In this document: positions 37,701-50,902 of the stretch, one piece after another | Position numbering within the stretch: position 1 is the stretch's first letter | Layout: every line of letters starts with the position of its first letter | Assembly: GCA_030704615.1 (NCBI GenBank) | Contig: CM060733.1 | Span: 54,746,001 to 54,810,000, forward strand | DNA length: 64,000 nucleotides | From: Takakia lepidozioides | Taxonomy: Eukaryota; Plantae; Bryophyta | Direction: 5' to 3' | The notes under the pieces: model-generated | Databases searched by the model: none | What the model saw: only the letters and a program-made list of their open reading frames with translations | What the model was told of the DNA's origin: nothing | Position numbers and translations under genes: made by a program

Positions 37701-38636
37701 ACAAAGTATCCTCGCGCGATCGCGCGTGGTTGCAGGAAACTCGGAGACTCCCGATTGTGATTTTTTGTCTCAAGTCTCAATTGGGTGTCGTAATGCTGAA
37801 AATATTACCTTCACAAAATATTCCATTTGAAAATCAGGGTAGAAACTAGATAAACCACAAAACGCAAGTATGTCGTGGCATTTTTTGAGTTGTAAAATGG
37901 AAATACCTAATTTTTGGGTCAGATAACAAAAACTAATGGACTTTTTTGGATGGTTCAGAACGTTGTTACTCAAGAAATGTGTGGTGTCCGGAAACACAAA
38001 CGCATGTTGCTGGTACTGAGTGTCAATGGACTTCTTTGCTACAGGCCACCTCCTACCAGAGGTGAGTTGTTTAAACAGAGGTTCCACTTGAGGAAAGTAA
38101 CAATTCAGGTGCCCGCAAGACCATTTGTGGTTCCAAGACCTGGAGTGCTGGAGTTTCTTCGACTTGCATTGACTCATTTTCATGTAGCGATTTGGTCTTG
38201 CTCTGAGAGGGATACTGTATTCAAGATGTTGGAGTGTTTCGTTCCTCCGGAAATTATGAAACAATTTCGTTTCATATGGTCTGCCGAGCATTGCACAGAT
38301 ACAGCTGGATATATTAAGCCTGGAATGAAATACCGTATTAAAGATATTAAGAGTATTCTCGTAAAATTTAGTGGGAAAGAATTTGCTAGGCATGGGCAAA
38401 TTCTACTGGTCGACGATGACCAATCCAAGGCACTCCGAAACCCAGTGAATACTGGAGTCTTCCCCATCACATTCAAGGAATCAAGCAATTTGGAGGATTT
38501 GGTTGACCTCACCAAAGCTTTGTGGCCTTTTCTCTCTGGCTTGATTGGAGCCCAGTCTGTTGTTGATTACGTCGGCAAGAACTCCTGCAAATCTTCTAGC
38601 CCTCCGATAGATCAAAATCACGTCTACTGGTCCTAG
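34775..38636 (+). pseudogene. Multi-exon gene with three tandem FCP1/SCP (NIF, HAD-like) phosphatase-homology domains
   Basis: Domain 1 ~34865-35410: VLVLDVGFL..VGEFL..VILWN..NTLLID..YKSFLNP, one stop and one frameshift. Domain 2 ~35740-36300: LIIFEVNGVL..LGIWS..FLKPL..NTLLIND..KCLLNP, one in-frame TGA. Domain 3 ~38000-38560: LLVLSVNGLL..RPGVLEFL..VAIWS..ILLVDD..KALRNP. GT-AG introns lie between the domains. Confidence 0.8.
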
Positions 38637-40408
38637 TTTGGAAGATTTATTGATGCTTTTGTTTGGCACCCCCCTCAAAAAGATCCCGATTATCTGGGTA
38701 CGTAATTTATCATTGCCCTATTTTGTGTGTAGTCTATCAGCTTTACTTCAACCTCCATTTGTACTTATACGTATGTTGACTTCACATGACTTTTGTGAGA
38801 TCAATGATATTTCAATGATCTTTGTATTTTCTTTAACAATTCCCTTCTGTGCTGCCTCCACACAGTTATATTGCAGTGTCAAGTTTAGAATCAAACTCGA
38901 CAGGAGAAGAAAGAGGAACGACAGCGTAAGGCTGAGCGGAGGGACCGCGAGGCTTTACGTTTATCAAGGTCATCAAGTACAACTACCAGTGAGGTGTCTG
39001 GTCATATCTTACATCAATCTCCTACTGTATCCATCTCCTCGAGTGCACAGAATTCCACCATCAGTGGTAACCGACGGCGATCTCGAACACATGCGTTGAG
39101 TGTGAGCCGTTTGGGAAGCAACTCTGTGTTATTGATGAATTAAACTATGGTCGGCCTGTTCATTACACATATACGTTATTTAACTCTGTCAATGTTATGC
39201 TAGACTTTTTCGGCTGTAATGTTAGTCATCGAAGTTTGAGAGAAATCACGCGCGATCGCGCGTGGTTCCTTCATATATCCTCTTGTGGAGCTAGCATGGA
39301 TCAGCAGTGCCATCAGATGTTATCAAAACAAGTTGACTTCATTGTCAGTTTAAGCAATAACAGATCATGCTGGAGGCTGGAGGAGGTTGGAGGAGAAGAA
39401 ATTTTCCGATGTTTTCATATTACGATGGGGAACAAGTGACACAATCATCGTCTATGACTGAATTCGGGTTCCTATCTCGTAATTCAAGCTCCCATGATGG
39501 TCGTCTCATTTGTTCCTGAGCGGATTGTGAAGCTCTGTTAAAATCTCTCTTCAAATGGATTGAAGTAATTTTGGTGGCTTCGAAATTCCTTCCCTGACGA
39601 ACTGATGGCACCATTGTGGTTGATTGAAATCTGGATGCACTCGGCTCTTTGGGGTTCTCAATGGTGGTAGAGGCAGAGATCTGTCGCGCGATCACTCGTG
39701 GTTCGAAAAGCGGAATTCAGCATCGTCTTGGTCCTCCAGCCGACTGCCAAAGTGTTATATTACCTCAACAGTGCCACATGCGATTGGTCGGAGTGATGTT
39801 TTTTCTATGCTCATGCATTCAACAACGAAAATGTTGTCATTTGAAGATGTGATGATTCTGCAGGCATAGTGAGTTACTTCAGGTCAGTTACAGCGAGGGA
39901 ACTCAAGGTATTCGGATAATCCGTCCCGGAATATTTCACACCATCATCCTGGATGATTCATTGATGTGTTTCAGAACACGCACTCAAATCATCCAAGCTG
40001 ATGGTGTCACTTGTTCCTTGGCGGATTGTTCAAGTATCTTATAATCCTAGTGCATAATCCGATCTCCAACAATTAACAGCATCATCGTGGTGTTTTATTT
40101 GGTTCCTATATCTTTCGTTTGGAGATCCATTATTCTTTTGAGGAACACCAATGATTAACATCGCGCGATCACGCGTGCTTTTCTAAGAGCTGACATGTTC
40201 TGATGTCCATCATTGCACACCAAAATGGTATTACGAGGAGGCAGAATGTCAGCAATCGAACGTCAATCTCCAGCAACATTCTCGTCGTTTTCATGTGGAC
40301 TGGACGCCAAATGAGGAAAACCGTCGCTAACAATCTGTGCAAACAATCTCAACAATCATATGTACTTCAAGGTACTTGATACTGCGTATGTTCATGTAGC
40401 TGATTTTT

Positions 40409-43400
40409 ATCTTAGAGGTTTGACTTGAAAGCCTCAAGTCAATCTTCCTTAAGTCAAACTTCTTAGGATCCTTCCTAATTATTCCTAGTTCCTCCTCCAT
40501 CTAGAACCTTCTAGATTCTACCTTGTTACAATTCTCCCCTCTTTCAAGAAGCAACTTCCTCGTTGTTCGAATTTTCAAAAGCTTGAATTGCCAATTGAGC
40601 ATTTGCGAGATTTTGCACCGGTTCCCAGATAGCTTCATATAATGGAAATCCTTTCCATAAAACCAAATACTCCAACACCTCATGTCGTCCTCGTTTGTAT
40701 GTGTGTTTTTTCAGAACACGGTCGATCTCCCACTCTTCATTTTCAACTATCAACTCTAGTAAACGTTGTGGTTCTTGATTATCTTTGAATATTGATGGTC
40801 GAGGTTCGTAACGACGTAGTAGAAAAACGTGAAACACTGGGTGAATCTTCATATGTGGTGGTAACTCCAACTTGTATGCTACTGCTCCAATGCGTTTAAT
40901 GATCGAAAAATGACCAATGAACCGTGCCCCTAGTTTTCGTGATCCAATGATGTGTAAATTGGTTGTAGACAACCACACTTGATCCCCAACTGCAAACTCC
41001 TCATCCCGTCGACGTGCATTTGCATACTGTTTTTGGCGATTTTGGGCAACCATCAGCTTCTCTTTAGCTTGACGTACTCCCTGTCGAAATTGTTGCACAA
41101 ATGCGTTAGTCGCGGCTACCTGAGATAACTCCTCTTTTGGTAACTTGAACTTTGTAAGAATTGTTGGCACATTTGGGTGTTCACCATACATCAAAAAGAA
41201 AGGAGTTTCTTTCGTTGACGCGTTGACCGAGTTATTATATGAAAATTCTACCAATGGTAATAACCAATCTCACTCTTCTTGTTCTTCTAATGTAAAGGCC
41301 CGCAATATGTCTTCAATTGTACGATTCGCTCGCTCTGTCTATCCATCTGACTCCGGATGATAGGCTGTTGACATAACTAATTTGGTTTTAAAAAGACCAA
41401 ATAAGCTTTTCCAAAACAAGCTAGTAAATTGAGTACCCCTGTCAGTAATGAGAACTTTAGATAGCTCATAATGAGAATAGACCGCTTCCAGATATAATCA
41501 AGCTAGTTCAGGTGCAGTGACGAATTTTCTAGTGGGACGGATATGAATCATCTTACTCAATTTGTTTACAAAGCCACTATAGTGTCGTATCCCGATGAGG
41601 TTTGAGGTAACTCACAAACTAAATCCATGTTCATATGTTCCCAACGTCTGTTTGGTATTGGTAGTGGTTGTAAAAGACCTGCTGGCTTGCGGTTTGTTGA
41701 CTTGTTTTATTGACATTTCATGCAACTTCGAACGTACACCTCCACCTCGTCTCGCATCCGCGGCCAATAAAATGTTCGTTTTAGTTGTTTGAATGTTTTT
41801 TCAACTCCAACATGTCCTGCTTTTGCCCGTATCATGAGCTTCAAACAAGACTTTTGTCTTCAATGCATGTTCATCAGGGATCCAAAGTTTATCTTATTTG
41901 AATACTTACCCTCGAACTTCTGTCACTTTGCATTTCTTCGTAGCGTCCATGATCTCCCCATCATCTTTAGAAGCCGTCGCTATCTTGTTCCACCAATCGG
42001 GTTGAATGTTGATTTCTGTCAATGTGTTCATGTGCGGCATCATTGTCATTGCATTCGCCAATTGTCGTTTTCCCTCTACATAGACAATCTTCATGTTAAA
42101 TTGTTGTCGCCACTCCGCCCAACGAATCTGTCTCTTCGATAGACCTTTCTGTGTCTCCAAGTACACCAACGGTTTATGGTCTGTCTCCACTATGAACTCT
42201 TTGTCTCCAAGATAGTGCTTCCAATGTTTTGTACCCAAAACAATGGTCAATTCTTCTCGTTCGGTTGTATGATAATTTTGTTCCGCAGGTAACAATTTGC
42301 GAAAAAAATATGTCACTGGGTGCCATCCGTCTTCCCATTCTTGTTACAACACCCCACCCACTGCTGAGCCTGACACATCTACCGAGAGCTTGATTAGTCT
42401 TGTCGGATCATACCATTTCAAGTTCAGGGCATGAAATAACGCATCCTTCAAGGCCTGAAATGCTAACTCATCTTCTGTATCCCACTTCCATCTAATTCCT
42501 TTGCCCAAAAGATTGTCAATGGTTGGGCAATCTTAGATAATGCCCGTACAAATCGTCTGTAGAATCCGGTAAGACCAAGAAAATTCCTTAATTGGGTAAT
42601 GTCTTCAGGGGCTATCCACTGCTGAATAGCTTCTATTTTCTCACTCATTACCTCAATTCCTATCCTACTCACGCGATGCCCAAAATATTCTACTTCTTGT
42701 TTTCCAAACTCACATTTAGATGCTTTGGCATATAACTGATTTTCATGGAGAACTTGTAATACTTGTTTGAGGTGGTTTCTATGCTCGACAAAGCTGTTAC
42801 TATAGATCAAAATATCATCTAAAAATACTATCACAAATCTATCTAAGAATGGGCGAAAGATATCATTCATGAGGCCCATGAATGTGGCTGGGGCATTGGT
42901 AAGACCAAATGGCATAACCATGTATTCAAAATGTCCATACCCAGTGCGAAAAACGGTCTTATATACATCTTCATCAACGACTCAAATTTGGCTGTATTCA
43001 CTCCTCAGATCAAGCTTCGTAAAGTATTTTGCTTCTCATAGTTGGTCAAATAGATCGTCCATGCGTGGTAACAGGTACTTGTTCTTCACTGTCTGTTGGT
43101 TGAGTGCTCGATAATCAATACACATGCGCATTGCTCCATCTTTTTTCTTCACAAACAACACCGGAGCTCCATACGGGGATACACTTGGTCTTATAAAGCC
43201 TTTTGATAGTAGGTCCTCGACTTGAGCCTTACATTCTTCCAACTCGTTTGGTGCTAATCGATAAGGGACTTTACAAGGAGGAGTACTACTTGGAACAACC
43301 TCAATCTTATGATCTACTCTTCTCTTTGGTGGAAGCCGTGCTGGTAGGTCATTTGAAAATACATCTTTGAACTCTTTCAATACACTTTGTAATTCTATAG

Positions 43401-45695
43401 GAACCTCACTCATGTTTTTTTTTTAAATTTTTCACGTCTCTTGTTAAACCTACAAATAATAAGTCTTTCTTACATGTAGTTGTAGTACCTATAACAAATG
43501 ATGGTAGGTTTCGATATGGTGTCCTCACTCGATCTCTCATGCCTAATATTACGTCATATCGAGCTAGTCTGACCACTCGTCATTCTAAAGTTTCTCTATA
43601 TTTACTAATCGACAACTCTATGTTTTTAGGTAGTGTCTCAAAGGGCTCTGTATGTCCATTTGGCATTTCTACTTCATCTCTTTCATCTTTTTCTAAGGGG
43701 AGTCCTAGTTTCAAGGCAGCCTTTCTAGATAAGAAGTTTTCTGTTGCCCCAGGGTCTATCAACACTCTCATATGAATACCTTCCAAGGTTCCATCTGTCA
43801 CAGTTAACTGCGTCTCTTTCTTGCCCGCATGATTGATTTGCCTCTTTTCCTTGTAGGGCCCCTCGCCTTTTATCTTCTTTGTAGAACCAGAAGACCGCGA
43901 GGTCTACTTGCTAGTTGTCCTCGTTTTCCTGCTCATTGTGATGTTCGTTAACTTCTCATCTCCTTAAATTGTTCAGAGGTCTTCGATAAGTTTGTCGATT
44001 GTACCTTCCACTTCGGCAGTTGGCTGCAAGATGTCCGTATTTTCCACAGTTGTAACATTGTCTAGTTTCCATTTGTTCTTCTATTCGTGAGAATGTTGAG
44101 GAGGTCACATCCTTGTCATTCAATTTCATTCGTCGCTGTGTGTTATTTTTCCCATATCTGATTCCCGGCCTATTTCTTTGAGAGTATTGGAAGTTATCCC
44201 ATCTTCGAATATTTCCAAACTCCATAGGCGTTGGTCCGTATTGGTTCAATGGAACATGTATAACCTTCGACGTATTTTGGTAGCGTCCCTTCAATCTTTT
44301 GGGCCAATGAAATTGCTTCGTGGACATCAACCGGGTTGCGTAAAATTACCTCTCCTTGAATTTTCTTCTTCAATCCTCTTTTGAAGTTGTCTAAAGCTTC
44401 TGCAGGACTCATGTCTTCGATTTGGACTTGAAGATTCAAAAAATCATTAATGTAATTTTGCACACTCCCGCGTTGTTCTAAATTCTATAATTTCATTCGA
44501 GCAGTTGTAACAGCATCTACTGCCTTGAATTGTTGGAGCAGTCCCGCTTTCAAGGTGCTCTATAGTAAAGGTTCTCCTTTTGTAATCTGTCTTCTCTCCC
44601 ATGTCTGTAACCATGTTGAACCATTGTCGAGTAGAAAAGATCGTATGAACATTCCGTGGTCCAAATCACTTGATGTAGGGAAATATGACAGATGTACCTC
44701 CATTCGATAAATCCATCCTTCTTGCACTCCCATGGCGCGACTTCCTTTATACGGCTCGACCTTGCATGTCTTGGTCATCTTTTGCAGTAACGTATCCGAC
44801 CCATCAGCAACCAGTCCCGTGGCGGTTGATTGTCTCACTTGTTTAAGCTCCTCCATCAGCACGTTGTTTTGTTGTTGGGTCGTGACAAAAACATTCTGCA
44901 ATTCGTGTAAGCGCTCCATTATCCATACCGTCTGATCATTGGCTTGATGAGTAGTGTGTGCGTTGTCCACCATTTCTTCATTGTCCGCCATCTTGCTCCA
45001 CTACTCCTTCCTTCGTGGTGTTTGTTTTCTAAAATTAATGTATACTATCTCTATTCTCTTATCCTAATACAGTATGTAAATAGTGCAATCCCAAACCATC
45101 CCGTACGTGACTATTGATAATACAAAAGTGACGTTTGAACTCATGACAAGGTTCATGAATTCTACCCCAAATTCTGCAACTAAAAATCTTACAAGATGAT
45201 GTTTGTCGATGGCGCGCACATTGATACTAAATACATTTGGCAGTGGAAAATTAGGCGGAAAATGTCTACCTCGATCCATGAACTATGTATATACACATAT
45301 GTATACCTTCCAATTTCTAATTATAGGAAAGACGGCAGATTATGGGTTTTGTAACATTTCTTGATATTGTTCATCTCTAAATCTATGTACTATCATATCT
45401 CTAATTTCTGCTTTACGATGACACTCCGAAGGAAAATCACGGAAAGAGGGTTGATTTATACTATTGTTATGACGCACCATCACTACTATCTATAGGTTTG
45501 ACATATTCTCTACAATATGACTTTCTCAAAGATTTGACCTACTCTCCATAATATGAATATCTTAGAGGTTTGACTTGAGAGCCTCAAGTCAATCTTCCTT
45601 AAGTCAAACTTCTTAAGATCTTTCCTAATTATTCTAGAAACTTCTAGGGAACTTTCCTCCTCCATCTACAACCTTCTAGATTCTACCTTATTACA
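40409..45695 (-). mobile_element. Old degenerate Ty3/Gypsy chromovirus nested in the cassette
   Basis: 5' LTR ~45695-45350 and truncated 3' LTR 40529-40409; PPT at 40530-40544. Gag, CYNCGKYGHLAANC, LIDPGATENF, FLDD RT, RNase H, integrase and chromodomain (YLVLWKGF) are all broken by stops and frameshifts. Confidence 0.92.
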
Positions 45696-46072
45696 GTCGT
45701 CCCCTCCCATAAGTAACCTCGCGCGATCGCCCGTGGTTTCTGAAGCTGCCACCTTGGGCGACGATGTCCTCACTCTCAAATCGTATTGTTTCTTCATTGT
45801 ACGCTGTTGTGTGTCGTTTGTTCTGATATGTGTCACTTCCTCCGTATTGGACTCACGGATCTACAGCAAATGTGGGTGATTAGACTTCCGTATAAATTTC
45901 GATTGATTTACGAGACTATCACAGAGCAATAGGTTATTAGTTCCATTGGTAAAAGATTATGATGTTATATTAAGTTTGTTATAAACTGGGTTTTACAAGT
46001 GTCAGGACAGCTCATAATCTGCAATACTCACGTCAACAGAGTTTTAATCGCCGACCAATGCCCTAGATGCCT

Positions 46073-46121
46073 GACCATCAACGATGTATGACCATCAACG
46101 ATGTATGACCATCAACGATGT
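46073..46121. repeat. 17-bp tandem repeat x3 (GACCATCAACGATGTAT)
   Basis: Seen directly. Confidence 0.85.
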
Positions 46122-49100
46122 CTCTAATTCGTTGGCTTAAACCTTGATATGGTGACATCTGTAATGACATATCCCCCTCCACAGGACTGAATCCCACCCC
46201 TGAGTCTATTTCTGAAATCTCCTTATCGAAGATGTCTCTAGAATCAGCGTTATCCTTTACATTGTCTCCCCCCACTTCTTCAGTGGAGGAAGACAACACA
46301 GTTGTCTCGGGCTTGTCTCCTTCAGCGGTATTTGTCTGGGCCTGTGGATGGTGACTTTCTTCTGGTACTACCCTCCCTGCTTGCTCAGCTGGTGGATTTC
46401 TGCCTTGCTCAATTTATTTTGTCTCCTCTTGCAGGAAATTGTTGACGGCATCATCGTGTTGGTAGTCGCCATTGTCTTCCTTACCTCCTTCAAGTTCTTC
46501 ATTTTTGTCCAACGTTTCGTTTCTGTCATCTTCTTCCTGGTTTTGCTCTGTCTCTAGATCTCTTTGTCCGTCATCTTCATCGTCATCGACATCGTCATCG
46601 TTGTCGTCATTTCCTTCGCCATTGTGCCTGTGGGTCTCTTGCCCTCCCAATGTGTCATCACCAACCTCCGTTCCGTCCTCATTCTCCATGTGGAGGAGTG
46701 TGTAGTTAGCGGCAACCTTATTCGCGTAGAATTTCTTTTTCAGGTTGTGATTTATATCAAGGACTGGGACGTTCCTAGCCTGCAAAATATGCCAACCATT
46801 GAGTAAATAGAATGAACGCGTGATTGCGTGAGGTTCCAAAGATGTGTTTCGGAAATGGAAATGGAATTGCTTACGTGGAGAGCCGATGTTAACATTATGC
46901 CTCGAACAACGTTGACAGCCGCCATTCCTTCGCCACAGAACAAAGACGCAATGTAGTCGCTCGACTCTGTCCGCAATTCGTGTTCATAAGCGACACAATC
47001 TTTCTCGTGTTCCGTGAGCTCAGTGTCCGGAGCCTTAATCACTGGTTTAATGGGGCTGAACATCAGCACTCCCTGCAGGTGCTCCTCGTGGTTCTCAATC
47101 TGGGCAGCTGTAGCAGGAAATACGTAATCAAGGCACATGAGTGGCCTTGAAAATGACTTTGGTCGGCTCATGTAAGAATTGTCGAACTCTCCGGGAAGAT
47201 ACAACCCCTGAAGCAGAATATACTTGTCCCGCCCCTCGCCAAACCTTATGTACGAAACCAGATTGGAAGATGACCTCTACGTTGAGAAGGAAACAAATGC
47301 ATTGGGGCTCAGCTACTGTTCGAAGAACGCATCGAAAATATTCTTGTAATTTCTTTGCATGAAAATAGTTGAGTCATCGTCACAGACTATGTTGACGAAC
47401 ACCATTGCGATGTTATCGAAATCACTCTTTCTCACAATTTTCAACTGTGTTTTGGCATCTACGAACCTCCACTTCCCTCCTATGCACTGGTAATGTGAAG
47501 GTATCCTTGAGGTTGCCCATTTCTTTCTCCATGTCTTCAACCCTTTTCTTACATGAAAGCACGTATTTGATGAAAGCGTCACTCACTTTCTCGGTCTTCA
47601 TATTCATGTTCACTTTGCTTTTCATGCATTTGGCCCCCAGTTTCGATCGGAATGTCTCGAACTCCGACTTGTTGAACTTGTACAATTTCTTTACTTCGAG
47701 CCATTGTGCTTTTATGTACGGCTCTGGATGTTGCTTGCTCCTGGCATCAAATCCTAATACCACCAAGACATCATCGATTATAAACCGCCTGTCCTTTATT
47801 CGATCAATGTAATTGGATAGGCAGATAATCTTGGGGTCTTTTCCCTTGTAAGGACCACGAACACAGATCTTCAAGTCCAAAATCTTGTGCGCAACCTTCT
47901 TCATTTGAAGGGGGTTCAATCCTTGGAGTTTGCAGACTGCAGATTTTGTGAGCTACGATTGTACACCTTTATGCTTTTTTCCGTTAATGTCCATGAGGTT
48001 TCCCTTCTCCCACTCTCTGAAAACCTCCTGTCACTTCTCCTAAACATCGTCATCGCAAAGCACCAAAGTCATGCCTCCTTAATGCTAAGCATCTCCAATA
48101 TAAATTGTGAGGCTTGCAAAAATTCCTGGTCAACAGGAACAACATGTCAAACCAACACACAACAAGGACACATAGTTCTAGTGAATGTACAACAAAACAT
48201 TAAACAATAAAAGAAGTCTGAATAATTACCTTCCACTGAACGGTTTCAGATTTGGAAACGTTATCGTTGAGTTTCTTGGGCTTCCCCCTCAACTCATAGT
48301 ACATCCTGGCATGAGCAACTTTCTCCGGGACTGTTGTGTCGAATTTTTGGGCTTTATTTGGGTCGTTCAGGAGCTTAGAAATCTTCAGCAATCGATTATT
48401 GCTATCTGACCAGAGGATAATTGATGGCCATTCGGCGTAGTAGTCCCTCTGTTCCCGTTCAGTAATCTCCTCTACAAGTACCTAATTTGGAAAATGTTAC
48501 ATCGACATGGAATTGAACTAGAAAGGAGCACGCGCGATCGCGCGTGCTTGCTTATCATGCTATGCATCTCTTAGAAACAAGTCGTCGATGCATCTGATAT
48601 AATCATCTAGTAGAAGCACGCGCGATCGCGCGAGAATGATAATGAGGAAATGCAAAGAAATATCCGAAAGATGATTCTCATAGAAGCAGAAAAGAATATA
48701 AAAGCACGCGCGATCGCGCGAGGTAAACGTTGATGTACTATACCTTTGCAGCCATAATTGTGTGTTGGCCTTCAATGACGAAGAATTTTGAATTGTTAAT
48801 ATCTTTCTAATGCCTTGGTTTCATCGCTCGTTCCTCGGCGCCAGATAGACGGGATGTTTTGTATCGAAAACCCGCAACTGGTACAAACAGGCTTTTACTT
48901 CATCTTTGTGATTAATATTCAACGGACGATACACCATGCTTCTTGGAGCAAGTTCCATCCTTGAGATGTCAATTGAGATTATGTGGTTGAACTCAAAAAG
49001 AAACATGTCTTGGTAGTCATTCTGCAGACTTTGATTCATCGCCTCGCACTTCACCTTGTCGAAAATCTCGCCAGCTTTTGGCTTCTTGTTGTCATTCCTA

Positions 49101-49737
49101 AATACAATATCGAGCTCTTCTTTCTTTTTCTTTTTCCCGGCTGGCTGCTCCTCCTCATTTTCAGTCTGAGAGGATCCCGCCGTGGACGTTTCTCTTTATC
49201 ATTTGCCCCATTCGGTGCCGCATCGTCTTGTTGTTTTCTGTTGATGTTTCCCTGCGCATGGAATACATCTTGGAAAATGCTCCAAGCTCGTACGAATCCC
49301 TGAGCAGTCAGGGCTGCACCACCTTCAGGGAAAGTGAATCCTATCTTTACAGCTAGTTTCATCATTGCCTTGCGAACGCGACGAGATTCCAGAGAAAAGC
49401 CAAACGTTTTTTTCGCTCTACCATCCTCCAAGATGAAAACCACCTTCATTGGATTCTCCACGTCCGACTCCATCTCAACATCTTTAACGTAGCCATAATT
49501 AAGCTCCTTCACCTCCGCTCCAATCTTGAAGGAAAACTTCAGTTGGTGATGAGGAGGTACACCCACAGGATTTATTCCCCACTCGGAGATCGCCTGGTTA
49601 AGAGTATACAAAGCTACGTGGTCTATGCTGAAGTTTGGCGATTTTGTTGAGATGAACTCCCCACATATCTCCTTGCATACGCCAATCAGGCAATCCGCCG
49701 GTATGTTTGACTGACCACTTAACATGAAACGCAACAT
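46078..49737 (-). pseudogene. ParB/Srx-like domain protein with degenerate methyltransferase-like segment and acidic tail
   Basis: IDISRMELAP..VYRPLNINH (48970-48905) and FFVIEGQHTIMAAK (~48785-48744) resemble ParB/Srx motifs. GT-AG introns at 48743-48482 and 48229-48126. ELRTESSDYIASLFCGEGMAAVNVVRG near 46980-46900. D/E-rich region 46414-46690. Several Trp-to-stop changes. Confidence 0.6.
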
Positions 49738-50380
49738 TATGTTATCTGGATTAGATATCTCATGGCATTATTTCAAGATTGAGAGTAAAGGCTGAAGTTT
49801 GAAACAAATCATAATGTTATGGATATCAGACCAATATACAATTGAGAATCCCACTGGGAAGAAATGGAATTGAAAGAAACTAACTTACAATTAAGCTGGA
49901 ATATGGGACATTCAATTGTGATTGCAATATGGAATAAATGGAATGGAATAAATCAAAGTCACAATTAAACTGGAAATCTCAAAAGCTGCAAATCATTTAA
50001 TTGGTTTCAAAAATCATGAAGAATACTTTATTATTCAACAATGAAGAACGAAAATAGAGACATCGTTGGCGTTTAAATGTACTGTCATATATGCCTGCCT
50101 AAAACTGAGATGAAGGACTATATCATGGTGATTCAGGACACCCCCAGTGAATCTCTTGAAAACTTATCGGGTACCCAGAAAGTGATCCTACTGATTATTG
50201 TGGGTATTCGATAGAACTACATGGAGATTTTGAACTGGTTCAAGTACACTCCGGTGAGCCCATGAAGAATCTTTCTATTTCTGATGATTCCGAATGGTCG
50301 GAACTTACAGTTGACGTAGGTGTGTATTGTGCCAAAAATGAGGCCAATGCAGCCGACCCGGGTCTGAGGTGGCTAAAGTA

Positions 50381-50902
50381 TCATATTGGTGAGTATTCTC
50401 GGGATCCCGAAGTATACCCTGGCGATGAGGGTGTATACTTTGGGGATGCCGGAGTGTACTCTGGGGTTGAGGGAGTGTACTCTGGTGATACGGGAGTATA
50501 CTCCGGGGATCCGGGTGTATAATCTTGGGTATCTGGCGTATACGCAGGGTACATAGCGCAGAAATCATTTGATTCCACCGATACTTCAGCTACAGGATCT
50601 CCGGAAGACCCTCCACAATATTGTTCTAGAAAAGAACTTAAAGCTGCTGACCCAGGAGGAACGTCGCAAAAATATCCTATTGGTGAATAATTGTCCTGAT
50701 CGTCTGATACAAGGGAGTAGGTGTCAGGCTCCTCTGTGGATGGAATTGTAGAAACGGGAGATGATATAACATGAACTCCTTCAGAAGGTCCCGTCATAAT
50801 AACCGCAGCTTCGCATTCACCTTGTGAGGAGGGTGAAAACGTTGTGTTGTGTCCGGCATGTTCCATCTCATTCTCCTCCTTCATCGAACACGAATCTACC
50901 AC
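50381..50902 (-). CDS. Acidic Ser/Pro-rich protein with RNA polymerase II CTD-like heptad repeats (probably prematurely stopped)
   Basis: YTPDTQD-YTPGSPE-YTPVSPE-YTPSTPE-YTPASPK-YTPSSPG-YTSGSRE-YSPI at 50542-50384. The motif YSPIGYFCDVPPGSAALSSFLEQY recurs across the stop as YSPI*YFSHLRPGSAALASFLAQY. Confidence 0.7.
   Translation of the reverse strand: MVDSCSMKEENEMEHAGHNTTFSPSSQGECEAAVIMTGPSEGVHVISSPVSTIPSTEEPDTYSLVSDDQDNYSPIGYFCDVPPGSAALSSFLEQYCGGSSGDPVAEVSVESNDFCAMYPAYTPDTQDYTPGSPEYTPVSPEYTPSTPEYTPASPKYTPSSPGYTSGSREYSPI

Noticed and set aside
38860-40350. Additional gene in the cassette
   Set aside because: Looks like decayed coding sequence, but no motif could be recognised; left unannotated.
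45320-45350. tRNA primer-binding site for the old Gypsy
   Set aside because: No TGG-starting tRNA complement next to the inferred LTR end, and no self-priming complement found by eye.
49745-50310. Splice joining the CTD-like ORF to the ParB-like gene
   Set aside because: The obvious donor (~50309) and acceptor (49746) give an out-of-frame product with an immediate stop.
50381-50902. RPB1/NRPB1 gene or fragment
   Set aside because: Only seven divergent heptads, with no polymerase domains upstream.
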